DNA from: Chrysomallon squamiferum
Taxonomy: Eukaryota; Animalia; Mollusca
Direction: 5' to 3'
NCBI GenBank assembly: GCA_012295275.1
Contig: CM022676.1
Location: 8,804,001-8,868,000, forward strand
Length of the DNA stretch: 64,000 nucleotides
Shown here: piece by piece, positions 42,922-55,603 of the stretch
Layout of the letters: each line of letters begins with the position of its first letter
How positions within the stretch are numbered: position 1 is the first letter of the stretch
The notes under the pieces: generated by a model
The model's database searches: none
What the model saw: the letters and a program-made list of their open reading frames with translations, nothing else
What the model was told of the DNA's origin: nothing
Made by a program: the position numbers and the translations under genes

Positions 42922-43674
42922 AAGAATTACTTATACTCCGTTATGATGATTAAGATGATAATGATTATAGTGAAGAAGATCATCATCATCATTATCATCA
43001 TCATGGCCAACCAGTCTAGTCATTATAATTACGATAATTATGATGGTCAGTCTGATCATTGTGGTATTGATGAGGATGAGGATGCTGATGATGACGATGA
43101 CGATGATGATCGTGACAGTAATGAGAACGCTTTGGTCTTGATTTAAAAATCTAATAACGAAAACTGTTCTTCCAGGTTTTGAATTGGATATATCCGGCAA
43201 CCCTTCAGTTGCTGTCTTCAACGAATCTTATCAACTTACATGCACTGTCGCAAAGGCTAAGCTTTTTACCGGTTCTATTAGTTTCGAAAATAAATTCGGC
43301 TCTTTCGGTTCAGCCTGGCAGACAATGGAAAAATGTCAAACAACTAGTGTCATATTTAATCATAACGCTGAATGCGGCACAACAACAAATGACACATGCT
43401 CAGCTGTTAAAAAGTACGTTCTAAGAATAGGAAAACTTCCTGAAGACGTCGAGCGTGTGTGGTGGTGTCTTGAATCCAAATCCAAGCAACGGAGCCCAAA
43501 GTTCACAATTTCTTTTGGTAAAATTTATTTTAAAATATAAACTGTTGTGATATCATTTTAGAGCTAGTTTAACACTGATTAACATAACATTTTGTTCTTT
43601 TTACCTCTGCATAACACCTATCCCTAAACCTTCATTTCACTACATATTATTTCCTCTTTTTCTTCTTCTTTCTG

Positions 43675-43706
<32 letters not shown>

Positions 43707-44055
43707 TTAATATCCTGGAATATCAATAATTATCTTAGTGTTTGACACTTCATTTATTATTTATAGCTATATATATGCTAGGTAACATAATGTCAATAAT
43801 GATGAAAATGATGATGATTAAAAATAGCCAATTTATTTCTTCCTAAATTATTTACTTGTTTGTTTGTTAAGTTGTTTTTTGCTTGTTTGTAGGAGATGTA
43901 AAAGTAACTTCGGACACAGTCCAGCCACAATCTCATACTCTGTTGACAACCTGCGCGTAAGAACAAACAAACTTATTTATTCATATCTGATATTATGCTA
44001 GGGTCTGTTTCAGTATCATTCTCTATTCAGTCGTTATACAGGTATTTCATTTGAC

Positions 44056-44104
<49 letters not shown>

Positions 44105-44147
44105 TGTGTGTGTGCAGATACACACACATACCTATATAGATAAATAG

Positions 44148-44191
<44 letters not shown>

Positions 44192-44528
44192 CAATGCAGA
44201 AGATGGCATCTTAATTTCACTAAATTTTACTCTCAAATATTTTCTTTTTGATAAATTATAATGAACAGTTTTTTTCTTTTTTAGATTTCTCTTCTTCATC
44301 AACGTCTGCTGGGACCAAATTAGCATCAGAATTTCTTGGTGAACATGGAATGATGTATTCTTCAGAATTGTCTGCTATTGGAATTGATCCAGCTTTGATG
44401 AAATTGATCCAATTTTGATGGATTTGATGGATTTTTCATGTTGTCAAGTTTGCTTTGTTTACAGTTCACTGACAAATTGTAACATTGCAAATATTTATAG
44501 AACATCATTTTGTTGTTATTCATGCAGC

Positions 44529-44563
<35 letters not shown>

Positions 44564-45137
44564 TAATACTATTACTGATGTTGTTACTGTTGTTATTTTC
44601 TTCTTATTCTTATTATTATTCTTATTATTATTTTCATTATCATTATAATTATTATCAAAATTATTATCATTATTATTACTTATTTTTACAAATCAACAAA
44701 CCCACAAAAAAAATACAAACAGAAAATCACATTACGAACATATATTTAAACCCTTTATTAATATATTTTTTTTAATATAAAAGATAATATTAAGTTAATT
44801 GTTTAACATTCTGTAATAGTAATATTGTCCATGTTACTGGGAAAAATAATTTAAACAAATTTAAAATACATAACTAAGAGAAAGACAAACTAAATGCATA
44901 CATACATAAAAAATCATGAACGTAATATTCATAATTACACTTTATATTTTCAGCATAATATATGTTTGGTATAATATCTATAACCTTTCGCTATAATTAT
45001 TTACTTTTAAATTTAATTTTTAAACAACTGTTAGTATTCTGTTATATCAATTAATGTTTTTCGAAACTATGAGAAAAACAGCAAAATAAATAACTCTTCG
45101 TTCCATCCACTTATGGCTGATATGTATAAGGATTTGT

Positions 45138-45171
<34 letters not shown>

Positions 45172-45399
45172 GTAATTCAAAGCTAATTCTTTAGTGTATG
45201 TTCGCTTAGTGTAGAATAGTTGGTTCATTTAGTTTTTACATTATTTAAGATTGCAGGATAAAAGAAATAACTGGGTTTTGTCTCAGAGTGAATGGTGCAA
45301 TGCAGCACATTCCAGCCTCGTTGAATACGGTCATTCTAACCTTCGCGGGATAAAAATGATAGGAGCTAGTAACTAGTTATTGTTGTTCTTTTTATTGTT

Positions 45400-45438
<39 letters not shown>

Positions 45439-46567
45439 ATAATGGAATATTTAAAGATTTTAATTCATCCCACAATGTCAAATACTGTTAAAATTTTAAA
45501 TTTAGTTCTGGATTATGAAATTTTTCTGTTTAATAATGGTATGGTTTTATTTACCTACTTTGTATTGAGATAGTGCGTGTCGATCAAAACAATAACATAA
45601 TAACCTATAACGACAAATTATTGTATTGGTCTTTTTATTCAACTGTATGTAAACTTTAGCCATGCTAGAACGAAACGAAAGCGTTGTTATTTATAATTAA
45701 CAGTATTAAATAAAATAATTCCGTATGGATAACACGCCCTATGGCACATTTAATGTCAACATTAGAAAATTAGAAAAAAAAAAAATGTTGACAGATTACA
45801 AAATCGTGTTTTACGTTTAATCTCAAATGTACCTTGAAAGAATAAAATAAATAAATAAATAAACACAAAATCGTAATATTTATGTAGAAAATATTGTTTT
45901 AGATCTTCGAAGTTCAAGATGCTTTGTCAGTAAAATGATTGTTACAGTTAATATTAAAAAAATGAAAGAAATAAATTGTTTTTGAAAGAAAATAATGACT
46001 TTGAAAATTATTTTATTTTGTGTGTGCATATGTTTTGTTTATTATTATTATTACCACTATTTCTGCTATTACAAGCACTTCTGTTTCTACTACTACTACT
46101 ACTACTACTACCACTACTGCTGCTGCTGCTGCTACTACTACTTCGAATGATATAACTGTTTTGTTTCAAAGTTTTTCAGTAACAATAAGAACACATTCCT
46201 CACTTTGAACGCTTGCGACAGCAGTTAATGACAAATTTCATTCAGCTGATAATAAATATGATTCATATTGTGTAGACTGGCTTGTATGGATTTCACAGTC
46301 CCGTAGGAACGTGATTCCGAAAGTGAAACAGTGATTAATTTGATTTCTTATGCCTATGAACTAAACAAAAATCCAAGATGGCCGCCACTACTCATGGAAG
46401 AGGCATAAAATGGATTATCTCTAGAGATACTTGGCCGACTTCCATGGTGTTAGACTCTGCTGTAGGGTTTTCAAACATGCCTGATAATCTGGAATACATT
46501 TCAGGTCGATGATAGGTGAAGGTTATGCAAGGTCAGGGTAAAGGTAATTTTTTATATTAATAATTAG

Positions 46568-46600
<33 letters not shown>
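40620..46600 (+). repeat. Right copy of the inverted segmental duplication containing gene B'
   Basis: Reverse complement of ~17340-23830; carries an extra ~0.5 kb at ~45190-45720 and lacks ~19830-20290 of the left copy. Confidence 0.95.
42444..44342 (+). CDS. Gene B': paralog of B, 174 aa; join(42444..42504,43176..43517,43893..43956,44285..44342)
   Basis: GT/AG boundaries, phases 1,1,2, total 525 nt; all exons open despite 37 nucleotide differences from B in the Ig exon; tail GDVKVTSDTVQPQSHTLLTTCAFLFFINVCWDQISIRISW*. Exon 3 has a TAGGAG tandem acceptor (alternative start 43896). Confidence 0.88.
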
Positions 46601-46611
<11 letters not shown>

Positions 46612-46639
46612 GTTATTGCTATTGTTATTATTATTATTA

Positions 46640-46702
<63 letters not shown>

Positions 46703-47269
46703 ATTTTTGAGAATCACTTCAAGCATGGTACGCATTTTGTAATTTGTTCTCTAGTTTGGAACTTAACAACAAGATTAATATTTTTCTGGCCTCAATTAAT
46801 CTTTCCCATAAAAAAATATCCATAGGTTCATACTTGATATCATTGAAACACAGAAAAAAAAAAAGAAGAAAACGTTCGAAATAATAAAAAAGAAAAAAAC
46901 TATACCAACAAGTATACCAATATGAAATTCTCCAGGTATGAAATATGTAACAAAGCAAATGTCTGCTCGAGATCTTTATAATAAAGTTACTGGCTTTCTG
47001 GATGTAGCCGCGAGTGCCAAACTGAGATGAAAGACTCTACCATTCCTCAACTGTAACTTTTAGGATTAATATTACCTAATAAAATTGTACGTATTCGTCT
47101 GCAACAGCAACAACTACAACAGGAACAAAACAACAACAAAAATAAATAAATGAAAATTAACAACACAAGTCTCGTAAACAAAACTTTTTACTTTCTTGCA
47201 AAACATTAACAGTAACCATTATGTATAAAATAGAACTATTATGTTTGCAATGGTTATTTAGTGCACTAT

Positions 47270-47323
<54 letters not shown>

Positions 47324-48111
47324 AATTAATAATAATAATAATAATAGTAATGATAACGATGATAATAATAATAATGATAACATAAATAAATAAATAAATA
47401 AAACTATACAAAAAAAAAAAAAAAACTATTGTAACAGAAAAATGTTATGATAAGGTCCATAACAGAATAAAAAATAAACAACATTCAGTTAGATTCGTGA
47501 TACCATCTAAGCAAAAAATATTTTAATAAAAAATGATAATTTATGAAACTAAACACAAAGTAATAAATAAATAATAGGAAATAAATGAAAAGAAAAAAAA
47601 TAAATGAAAGAGAAGAAGAAAACAAATAATAAATAAAAGTATAAATAAAGAAATATATAAATTAGGAAGAAAAGTGAAATAATAGAAACAAACTGAAATG
47701 AAACAAAGACATAAATAAATAATTAAAACAAAACAAAATAAAATAAAATAAAATAAATCGGATGATCTTATTGCATTAAAGCTTGAATTGATAGAAAATG
47801 TGAGTGACTTGGCTTGGCAGAACGAGCGTAGTACTTCCACGATGTGTACCATACCGAAGCTGAAGGAGTCGATAAAGACTGTAACTCCAGGCAAAGGCGT
47901 TGAAACAATTTGTCTGAAATCAAAGATATATACACTTTACGAAACGAATTTATTCTTATTATTAATTGATTGATTTAATTATTTGTTTGTTTGTTTGTTT
48001 GTTGTTGGTTTTTTGCTTGTGTGCTTGCTTGCTTTCTTGATTCCAAGTTTGTTTCTAAAAAATTGTTCTTCTTTAGGTATATTGCTTTTGGTACAAGAAC
48101 ATTTTCAAGAA

Positions 48112-49379
48112 ATGGCGTTCAGTACAAACATCAGTTTCTTTCTACTATGCTTTAGCACTTGCAGAGGTAAAATCTGTTCTAGATAAATTGTTCTTCATTT
48201 CCACCAAATTTATATATCAGTGGAACACGCACAGACAAGTTACTTTCGCATTTAATTCAGGGAATTAGCTTACTTTCTCAAATAATTCAGTGCATCAGCT
48301 ACTTTGCAAATAATTCAGTATATTAACTAATTTCTCAAATAATTCTGTACATTAACTACTTATGCAAATAATACAGTTCATTAACTACTTTCTCAAATAA
48401 TTCTGTACATTAACTACTTTCGGAAATAATTTCATTAACTACTTTCTCAAATAATTCTGTACATTAACTACTTTTTCAAATAATTCTGTACATTAACTAC
48501 TTTCTCAAATAATTCTGTAAATAATCTCATTAACTACTTTCTCAAATAATTCTGGAAATAATTCAGGACATTAGCGCCTGTCCAGCAGTATTATAAATAA
48601 AAGAGAAAACTTTTGTTTTCACTTTTACTTTCTTAAACTTTTGTTCCAGCAATACAGCTGTCTCTTACTAAGTCGGTCCCGACAGTGACAACCAGTCAGC
48701 CTTTTTCGGTTACGTGTACTGAGTCAGAAACTCCTCTTGAGGGTGGCTCGACATACATCTATGCTGCCGGACACGTTCTTGTTGTATTTTATCAGAAATA
48801 CAATTTCTGTGAAGTCAAAGGCGATGTACCTCGTGGCTACGTAGCTGTCTGTGGAGAAGGAACTGGTGATGCTTGTTCTGAAACAAAAAAATATATTATA
48901 AACATTGAGAGAGTTGACCCTGTCACATACGGAGCATGGTGGTGTGAACACTTCGAAAGCGGCAGAACTAGCAACAATGTAACTATAGCTGTGAAGGTAA
49001 GTATAGATAAATTATATTTTGTGTGTGCGTGAGTTGTGTGTATATATGTAGTGTGTGTGTGTATGTGTATGTGTGTGTGTGTGTTTTATATATACATATA
49101 TCGCTAAGTTCCAGACTGCGTGTATTTTGTAATTTTTTACATTTGTGTGCATCTTGTGTTTGTTCATATATGTATTCATTTTTAAGAATATTGAATTTAA
49201 TAAATAACAATGCTATTATCAAGATTACGTATGTGGTACTTGATAAAAGTAAAAACATTTGTTTTATATTAAGTAATAGTTTTAAAATGTCATGACCTAC
49301 AGCTTATCTAATAACAACAAATTCCGGAATGAAGAATATAATAAAAAGAAAATAATTTAAACATTTTTGTTTTCAGTGA
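48112..49379 (+). CDS. Gene C3: signal peptide + single Ig-like domain, ~134 aa; join(48112..48166,48650..48996,49377..49379); 3' end uncertain
   Basis: Leader MAFSTNISFFLLCFSTCR, open 347-nt Ig exon, AAG|GTAAGT donor, downstream exons 49377-49430 and 49648 onward. Upstream flank truncated at ~47755. Confidence 0.7.
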
Positions 49380-49524
49380 GATTAGAAAAAGCTAGTCACA
49401 AAGTGCTTCGTGTCATTCGATGATTTACATGTAAGGAAAATAATATTTATTTATTTATTTATTTAAAATGATTAATAAATATTAAATATTTGGATTCGAA
49501 TGTAATAATATAGATCTCTCCAGC

Positions 49525-49582
<58 letters not shown>

Positions 49583-50347
49583 TTATAGATATAGCAATGA
49601 ATTTAATCTATGGGTGCCAAATTAATTCAATATCTTTGGTTTTGTAGATTAGTCAGCTTAATCCACATAGCTGGTTTACCAACAATCACCACTGAAGTAA
49701 TATTCGATGGACATTTGTTTACATTATTCCTGTTGCAGTTTCAAAATTTGTTCTAATGTTCAGAAAATGAAGATACATTGTTACATGTATATAGTTTGCT
49801 TTTTTCTTGCTTGTATTTTTCAAATCATTTATATTCTCTTGTTTGTAAATTAAAAGACTATTCTTAATTAATTTATTAATTTATTTTATTTATTTATTTT
49901 ACTTTATTTTATTCTATTTTATTTTTTATTTCAATTATCTATTTATGTGTTTGTTTCATTTCAGTTTATTTCTATTATTTCAGCTTTCTTCATAGTTTAT
50001 CTATCTATTTATTTATAGATTTATTTATTTTTCTTTTCTCTTTCATTTATGTTGTTCATATTATTTATTTCCTTTGATTTATTTCTTTATTTGTGTTTAG
50101 GTTCTATCATGTACAATAAATTAACATTTTTTATTATTACAGTTTTTACGAGATGATATTATAGATACTATTTTAATGTTTTATTATTATAATATTGTTT
50201 GCTTAGATGATATCCTGACTCTAATTTAATGGTTTTTTGTTATTCTATCATGGACCCTAACTGAACATTTTTCCGTTACAATAGTTTGTACTTGTTTTGC
50301 GTCATTCATTTATTTATAACTATTATTATTATTATTATTATTATTAC

Positions 50348-50379
<32 letters not shown>

Positions 50380-52415
50380 TTTGTTTTTTCTTTATTATTA
50401 TTATTATTAATACTGTATTAAGTTACAAACTCTCCATTGCTGATTTAATAGTTCTATTTTATACGTAATGGTTACTCTTAATGTTTATAAAAAATAAAAA
50501 AAGGTTTGTGTAACAATCTTGTGTTCTTACTTTTTTGTTTTTATTTTTGTTGTTGTTGTTTTTGTAACAATTCTGCATCATCACACAACTTTATGTTAAA
50601 CAGTTCAGACGAATAAGTACATTTATGTTAAGTAATATTAATACTAACATACTTTATACACAGAATATCACCAAAACCAAAACCTCAAATAATAACATTG
50701 TTAACAACATTGAACAACATTTTAGTGTTACAGTTGAGGAATGGTAGAATATATCGTCCCATTTTGGTCACATGCGATCACATCCACAAAGTCAATAACT
50801 TTATTATAATGATACTGAGCATACATTTGCTTTGTTACATATTTCATACCTGGAGATTTCGAAATTATTATAAAGATCTGTGCATTTTTTTTTTATCATT
50901 GGAATTATTATTTTTTATTTTTGTGTGTGTTTTTTATTTGTTGTATTTTGAATTCAGTTGTTGACTGATTTAAAGTATCTACCTACGGATGTTTCTTTAT
51001 GGGAAAGATTAAGTGAATCGAGTAAAATATTTAAATTTTAGTTAAGTTCTTAAGTTGAGAAAAACTACAAAATGCGAAAACATGCATGGATGCCTGAAGT
51101 GATTCTTTTAAATAGTTGTTAATAATATTAATACTAATAATAATAAGAAGAAGAAGAATAAAAAATATTATGCGAATAATAAAAATAAATAAATGAATAA
51201 TGAACAGTGTACTTACTTATTTATTTGTCTTTTTTGTTTGTTTTAATTTAATTATTTATAGATATACTTTGTTTTATTTTTGTTTTATTTTACTGATTTA
51301 TTTTAATTTATTATTATTATAATATATTTTTTCTTTTTACTTTCTTTCTAAAAAGAAAACAAAAATCTTCTTTAGCAGTATAATTTTTGGAGCAAGTACA
51401 TTTTCAAGAAATGGAGATCAGTAGAAACATCATTATATTTTTACAAACATTTAGCGCTTGCTCAGTTAAATTCTGTTCCATATAATTTATATATCATTGG
51501 AAAGACATAACCCCTCCCACACCGACCCCCCCACCCAACACACATACACACACACTTTCGTAACAAACTGTTTACTGAGCAACAAGAAGAAGACGAAAAA
51601 TAGCAAGAAGAAGAACAACAATCAAAATAATAAAGAGAAGAGAAACAATAACAGCAGCAGCAGCAGCAGCAGAAACAACAACAATAACAACAATAATAAT
51701 AATGAAAAGAACACTAAGCCTCAGTACAGATGGGACAAGTCTGTTCTTTCGTCAAGCTGCAACATTGTTTGACAAACAACGCTACATTATTTTGAAATAA
51801 TGACGTAAATTATATCTACGTCGCTCATTACGAAATCAGTCAAGGTCATCAGATTTATCTTTTTGCGTGAAGAGGATTTCGATTTGGTAAAATTTTACAT
51901 TTGTTCTTTAAAATATCCATTGATTTGAAATGTTCATGTCTATTATTATTATTTATTTATTTATTTATTTATTTATATATTTAATTTTTATTTATTTATT
52001 TTAGTACAGTGAATATATATATATAAGTATAAATAAACAATATATTCATTCTAATGAAAGAAAATACTAAATACTATACCGTTCGAATATTCTCTGAAAT
52101 GTAGCTTTTTAAGTACCACATTAACCATCCAATAAAACAAACCAGTTCAAAAAAGAAACAAAACAAGAAACAAAACAAGAAACAAAAAAAAAAAAAAAAA
52201 AAAAAATCGGAGCAGACGGCAAAAGCTAACACGGCATTAGGGAAGGCTCGGATTTATTCGCGTATTCGGCCGAGATAATCCGAATATTCGCATTTGGCGA
52301 TGTGGTGACTGGCCATTTGAAGCCCTGTATCATTATTACTCTCTTAATAATTGTTATTGTTGTTGTTGTTAGTGTTACTATTCATTTTATTATTGATGTT
52401 GTTGTTCTCATTATA

Positions 52416-52460
<45 letters not shown>

Positions 52461-53023
52461 GCAGTAGACCGATCATCTCCGATTTTGATAAAATTTACTT
52501 TATTTTTCGATCCATATTAATAATGGAAACATTCAAAAACCTGGGTCCAGCAGCAGCAGCAACAACAACAACAACAGCAACAACAGTAATAACAATGAAA
52601 AGAACACATCAATAGAGACGGGATAAGTCTGGTATTTCATCAAACTGCTACATTGTTTGACAAACAACGCTACATTATTTTGAAATAATGACGTAAATTA
52701 TGTCTACGTTGCTGATTACGAAATCAGTCAAGGTCACTAGAATTATCTTTTTGCAAGAAGATGATTTCGATTTGGTAACGTTTTGCATTTGTTCTTTAAA
52801 ATATTCATTGATTTGAAATTTTCATGTCTATTATATTATTATTATTATTATTATTATTATTTATTTGTTTATTTATTTATTTATTTATTTTAGTACAGTG
52901 AATAAATATAAATATAAATAAACAATATACTTACTAAAATGAAAGAAAATACTAAATACAACAGGGTTCGAAATTAATAAACCAAATTAACCAACCAATT
53001 AAAAAAAAACAGTTAAAAAAAAA

Positions 53024-53080
<57 letters not shown>

Positions 53081-53459
53081 GAAATCGGAAGACCGTCAAG
53101 CAGACGATAGAAGCTAAGACTGCATTCGGGAAAGTTCGGATTTATCCCCTTTTTCGGACGACATGGTCCTAATATTGACCTTTGACATATTTTTCACATA
53201 TTGGTAATTGAAATATTAAAAAACCTGGGTCCATGTTCTTGTTAATTTTGAAATTAAAGTTGATCTCCCCAGCATTTGTGAAATGGATGTCGGGAATCGG
53301 CGTAACTGGTGCAAGTTAAACGAAGGGATGGTACAGAACAATGTTCAAATTACTTGTTTGTCAAAATACTCCTATAAGTAATATTCCATCAAAGGAATTT
53401 ACTATTAACAAGTTTATTTTATTTGCAATTAAATAAAAACCAAGTATCTTTGCGGGCGA

Positions 53460-53500
<41 letters not shown>

Positions 53501-53965
53501 CTTTGTAACATTCTGTATATATTATATATCTACGTGTGTGTGTTTATGTGTGTGTGACGGTGTGTGAAATGTAAGATAGTTTCTTTTGCTCTGAAAGTAA
53601 AAGATCGCCACGCATTGTGATAATTGATATTTATGAGAATGTGACGTTGAGTTGGCGATGCGCTGTTAATAATAATCATTTTTTAGATTCAGTGGATCAA
53701 GCGCATATCTGTTTTCGAAGGACGAAGAAAATATTTTAAAAAGTTATGAATGTATCTTTATACAGTGGCATGTTAAAACATTTGTAGCGATCACTAAAAT
53801 TCATGCGCAATAATTTAGCAATGCAAAGTCTGCTATAGCAGCCTTGATTACACAGGCATCGTGAGAAGTCGGAGATTTCACAGGAATCGAATCGCGTCTC
53901 CTCGAAACGTCAGAGGTGGTCATTTGTAAAAATGACAGTCTCCGCTTCGGATTACATAGTAGAGC

Positions 53966-54458
53966 TACCACTGCCTCAACTTACGAGTTTTTCGAGTTAA
54001 GAGCAGTCGCCGGTGCAGATTTCTGCTTTGAATTGTCAGACTAAATCCGAGTTACGAGCGACCTTCAGATAGGACGCCGCTAATTGGCGTAACGAACAAC
54101 GTAACATCCGGCCAGCATCCCGCGTCTCACTCGTTTACTTCACGTGGTTCCTCGCCGCGGAAGTCTCTCTGTTGTGTTGTGCTCGCGTTATGTGGAGTAT
54201 TTTGCCCAATTTCCATGGGTCGTAAGAAAATTAGTGCAAAGGACAGTACTGAGAACAAGAATCGGATGATCTTATTGCATTAAAGCTTGAATTGATAGAA
54301 AATGTGAGTGACTTGGCTTGGCAGAACGAACGTAGTACTTCCACGATGTGTACCATACCGAAGCTGAAGGAGTCGATAAAGGCTGTAACTCCAGGCAAAG
54401 GCGTTGAAATAATTTGTCTGAAATCAAAGATATCTACACTTTACGAAACGAATTTATT
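53966..54458 (+). mobile_element. Truncated pogo/Tigger-like element copy; also 59614-60105 and fragment 47757-47954
   Basis: Inverted match to ~28362-28852; the 3' part and TIR were removed by a ~0.95-kb deletion shared by right-arm units. Confidence 0.8.
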
Positions 54459-54615
54459 CTTATTATTAATTGATTCATTTAATTATTTGTTTGTTTGTTT
54501 GTTTGTTGTTGGTTTTTTGCTTGTTTGCTTGCTTGCTTTCTTGATTCCAAGTTTGTTTCTAAAAAATTGTTCTTCTTTAGGTATATTGCTTTTGGTACAA
54601 GAACATTTTCAAGAA

Positions 54616-55557
54616 ATGGCGTTCAGTACAAACATCATTTTCTTTCTACTATCCTTTAGCACTTGCTCAGGTAAAATCTGTTCTAGATAAATTGTTCTTC
54701 ATTTGCATCAAATTTATATATCAGTGGAACACGCACAGACAAGTTACTTTCGCATTTAATTCAGGAAATTAGCTTACTTTCTCAAATAATTCAGTACATT
54801 AACTACTTTGTGAAATAATTTACTACATAAGGTAGTGTCTCAAATAATTCAGTACACTAACTACTTTTTCAAATAATTCTGTACATTAACTACTTTTTCA
54901 AATAATTCTGTACATTAACTACTTTCGGAAATAATTCAGGACATTGGCGCCTGTCCAGCAGTATTATAAATAAAAGAGAAAAATTTTGTTTTCACTTTTA
55001 CTTTCTTAAACGTTTGTTCCAGCAATACAGCTGTCTCTTACTAAGTCGGTCCCGACAGTGACAACCAGTCAGCCTTTTTCGGTTACGTGTACTGAGTCAG
55101 ACACTCCTCTTGAGGGTGGCTCGACATACATCTATGCTGCCGGATACGTTCTTGTTGTATTTCATCAGAAATACAATTTCTGTGAAGTCAAAGGCGATGT
55201 ACCTCGTGGCTACGTAGCTGTCTGTGGAGAAGGAACTGATGATGCTTGTTCTGAAACAAAAAAATATATTATAAACATTGAGAGAGTTGACCCTGTCACA
55301 TACGGAGCATGGTGGTGTGAACACTTCGAAAGCGGTAGAACTAGCAACAATGTAACTATAGCTGTGAAGGTAAGTATAGATAAATTATATTTTGTGTGTC
55401 CGTGAGTTGTGTGTGTGTATATGTAGTGCGGGTGTCAATATGTCTTTGTGGGTTTGTGTGCTGGATTTGTTTTTGTTCGGTTTGCTTTTTGTATAAGTGT
55501 GTGTGCTTATCTACTTATTTGTATTTATCTGTTTTAATGTGAGATTTTTTGTGTATG

Positions 55558-55603
<46 letters not shown>

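Noticed and set aside
48255-48570. 29-bp repeats as a CRISPR array
   Set aside because: Head-to-tail degenerate units without unique spacers, inside a eukaryotic intron, no cas genes.
54292-54690. 132-aa ORF (also 59940-60338) resembling a membrane protein
   Set aside because: Chance fusion of a decayed Tigger frame, intronic T-rich sequence and the real leader exon across a deletion; no ATG start and interrupted by a stop in the C3 copy.
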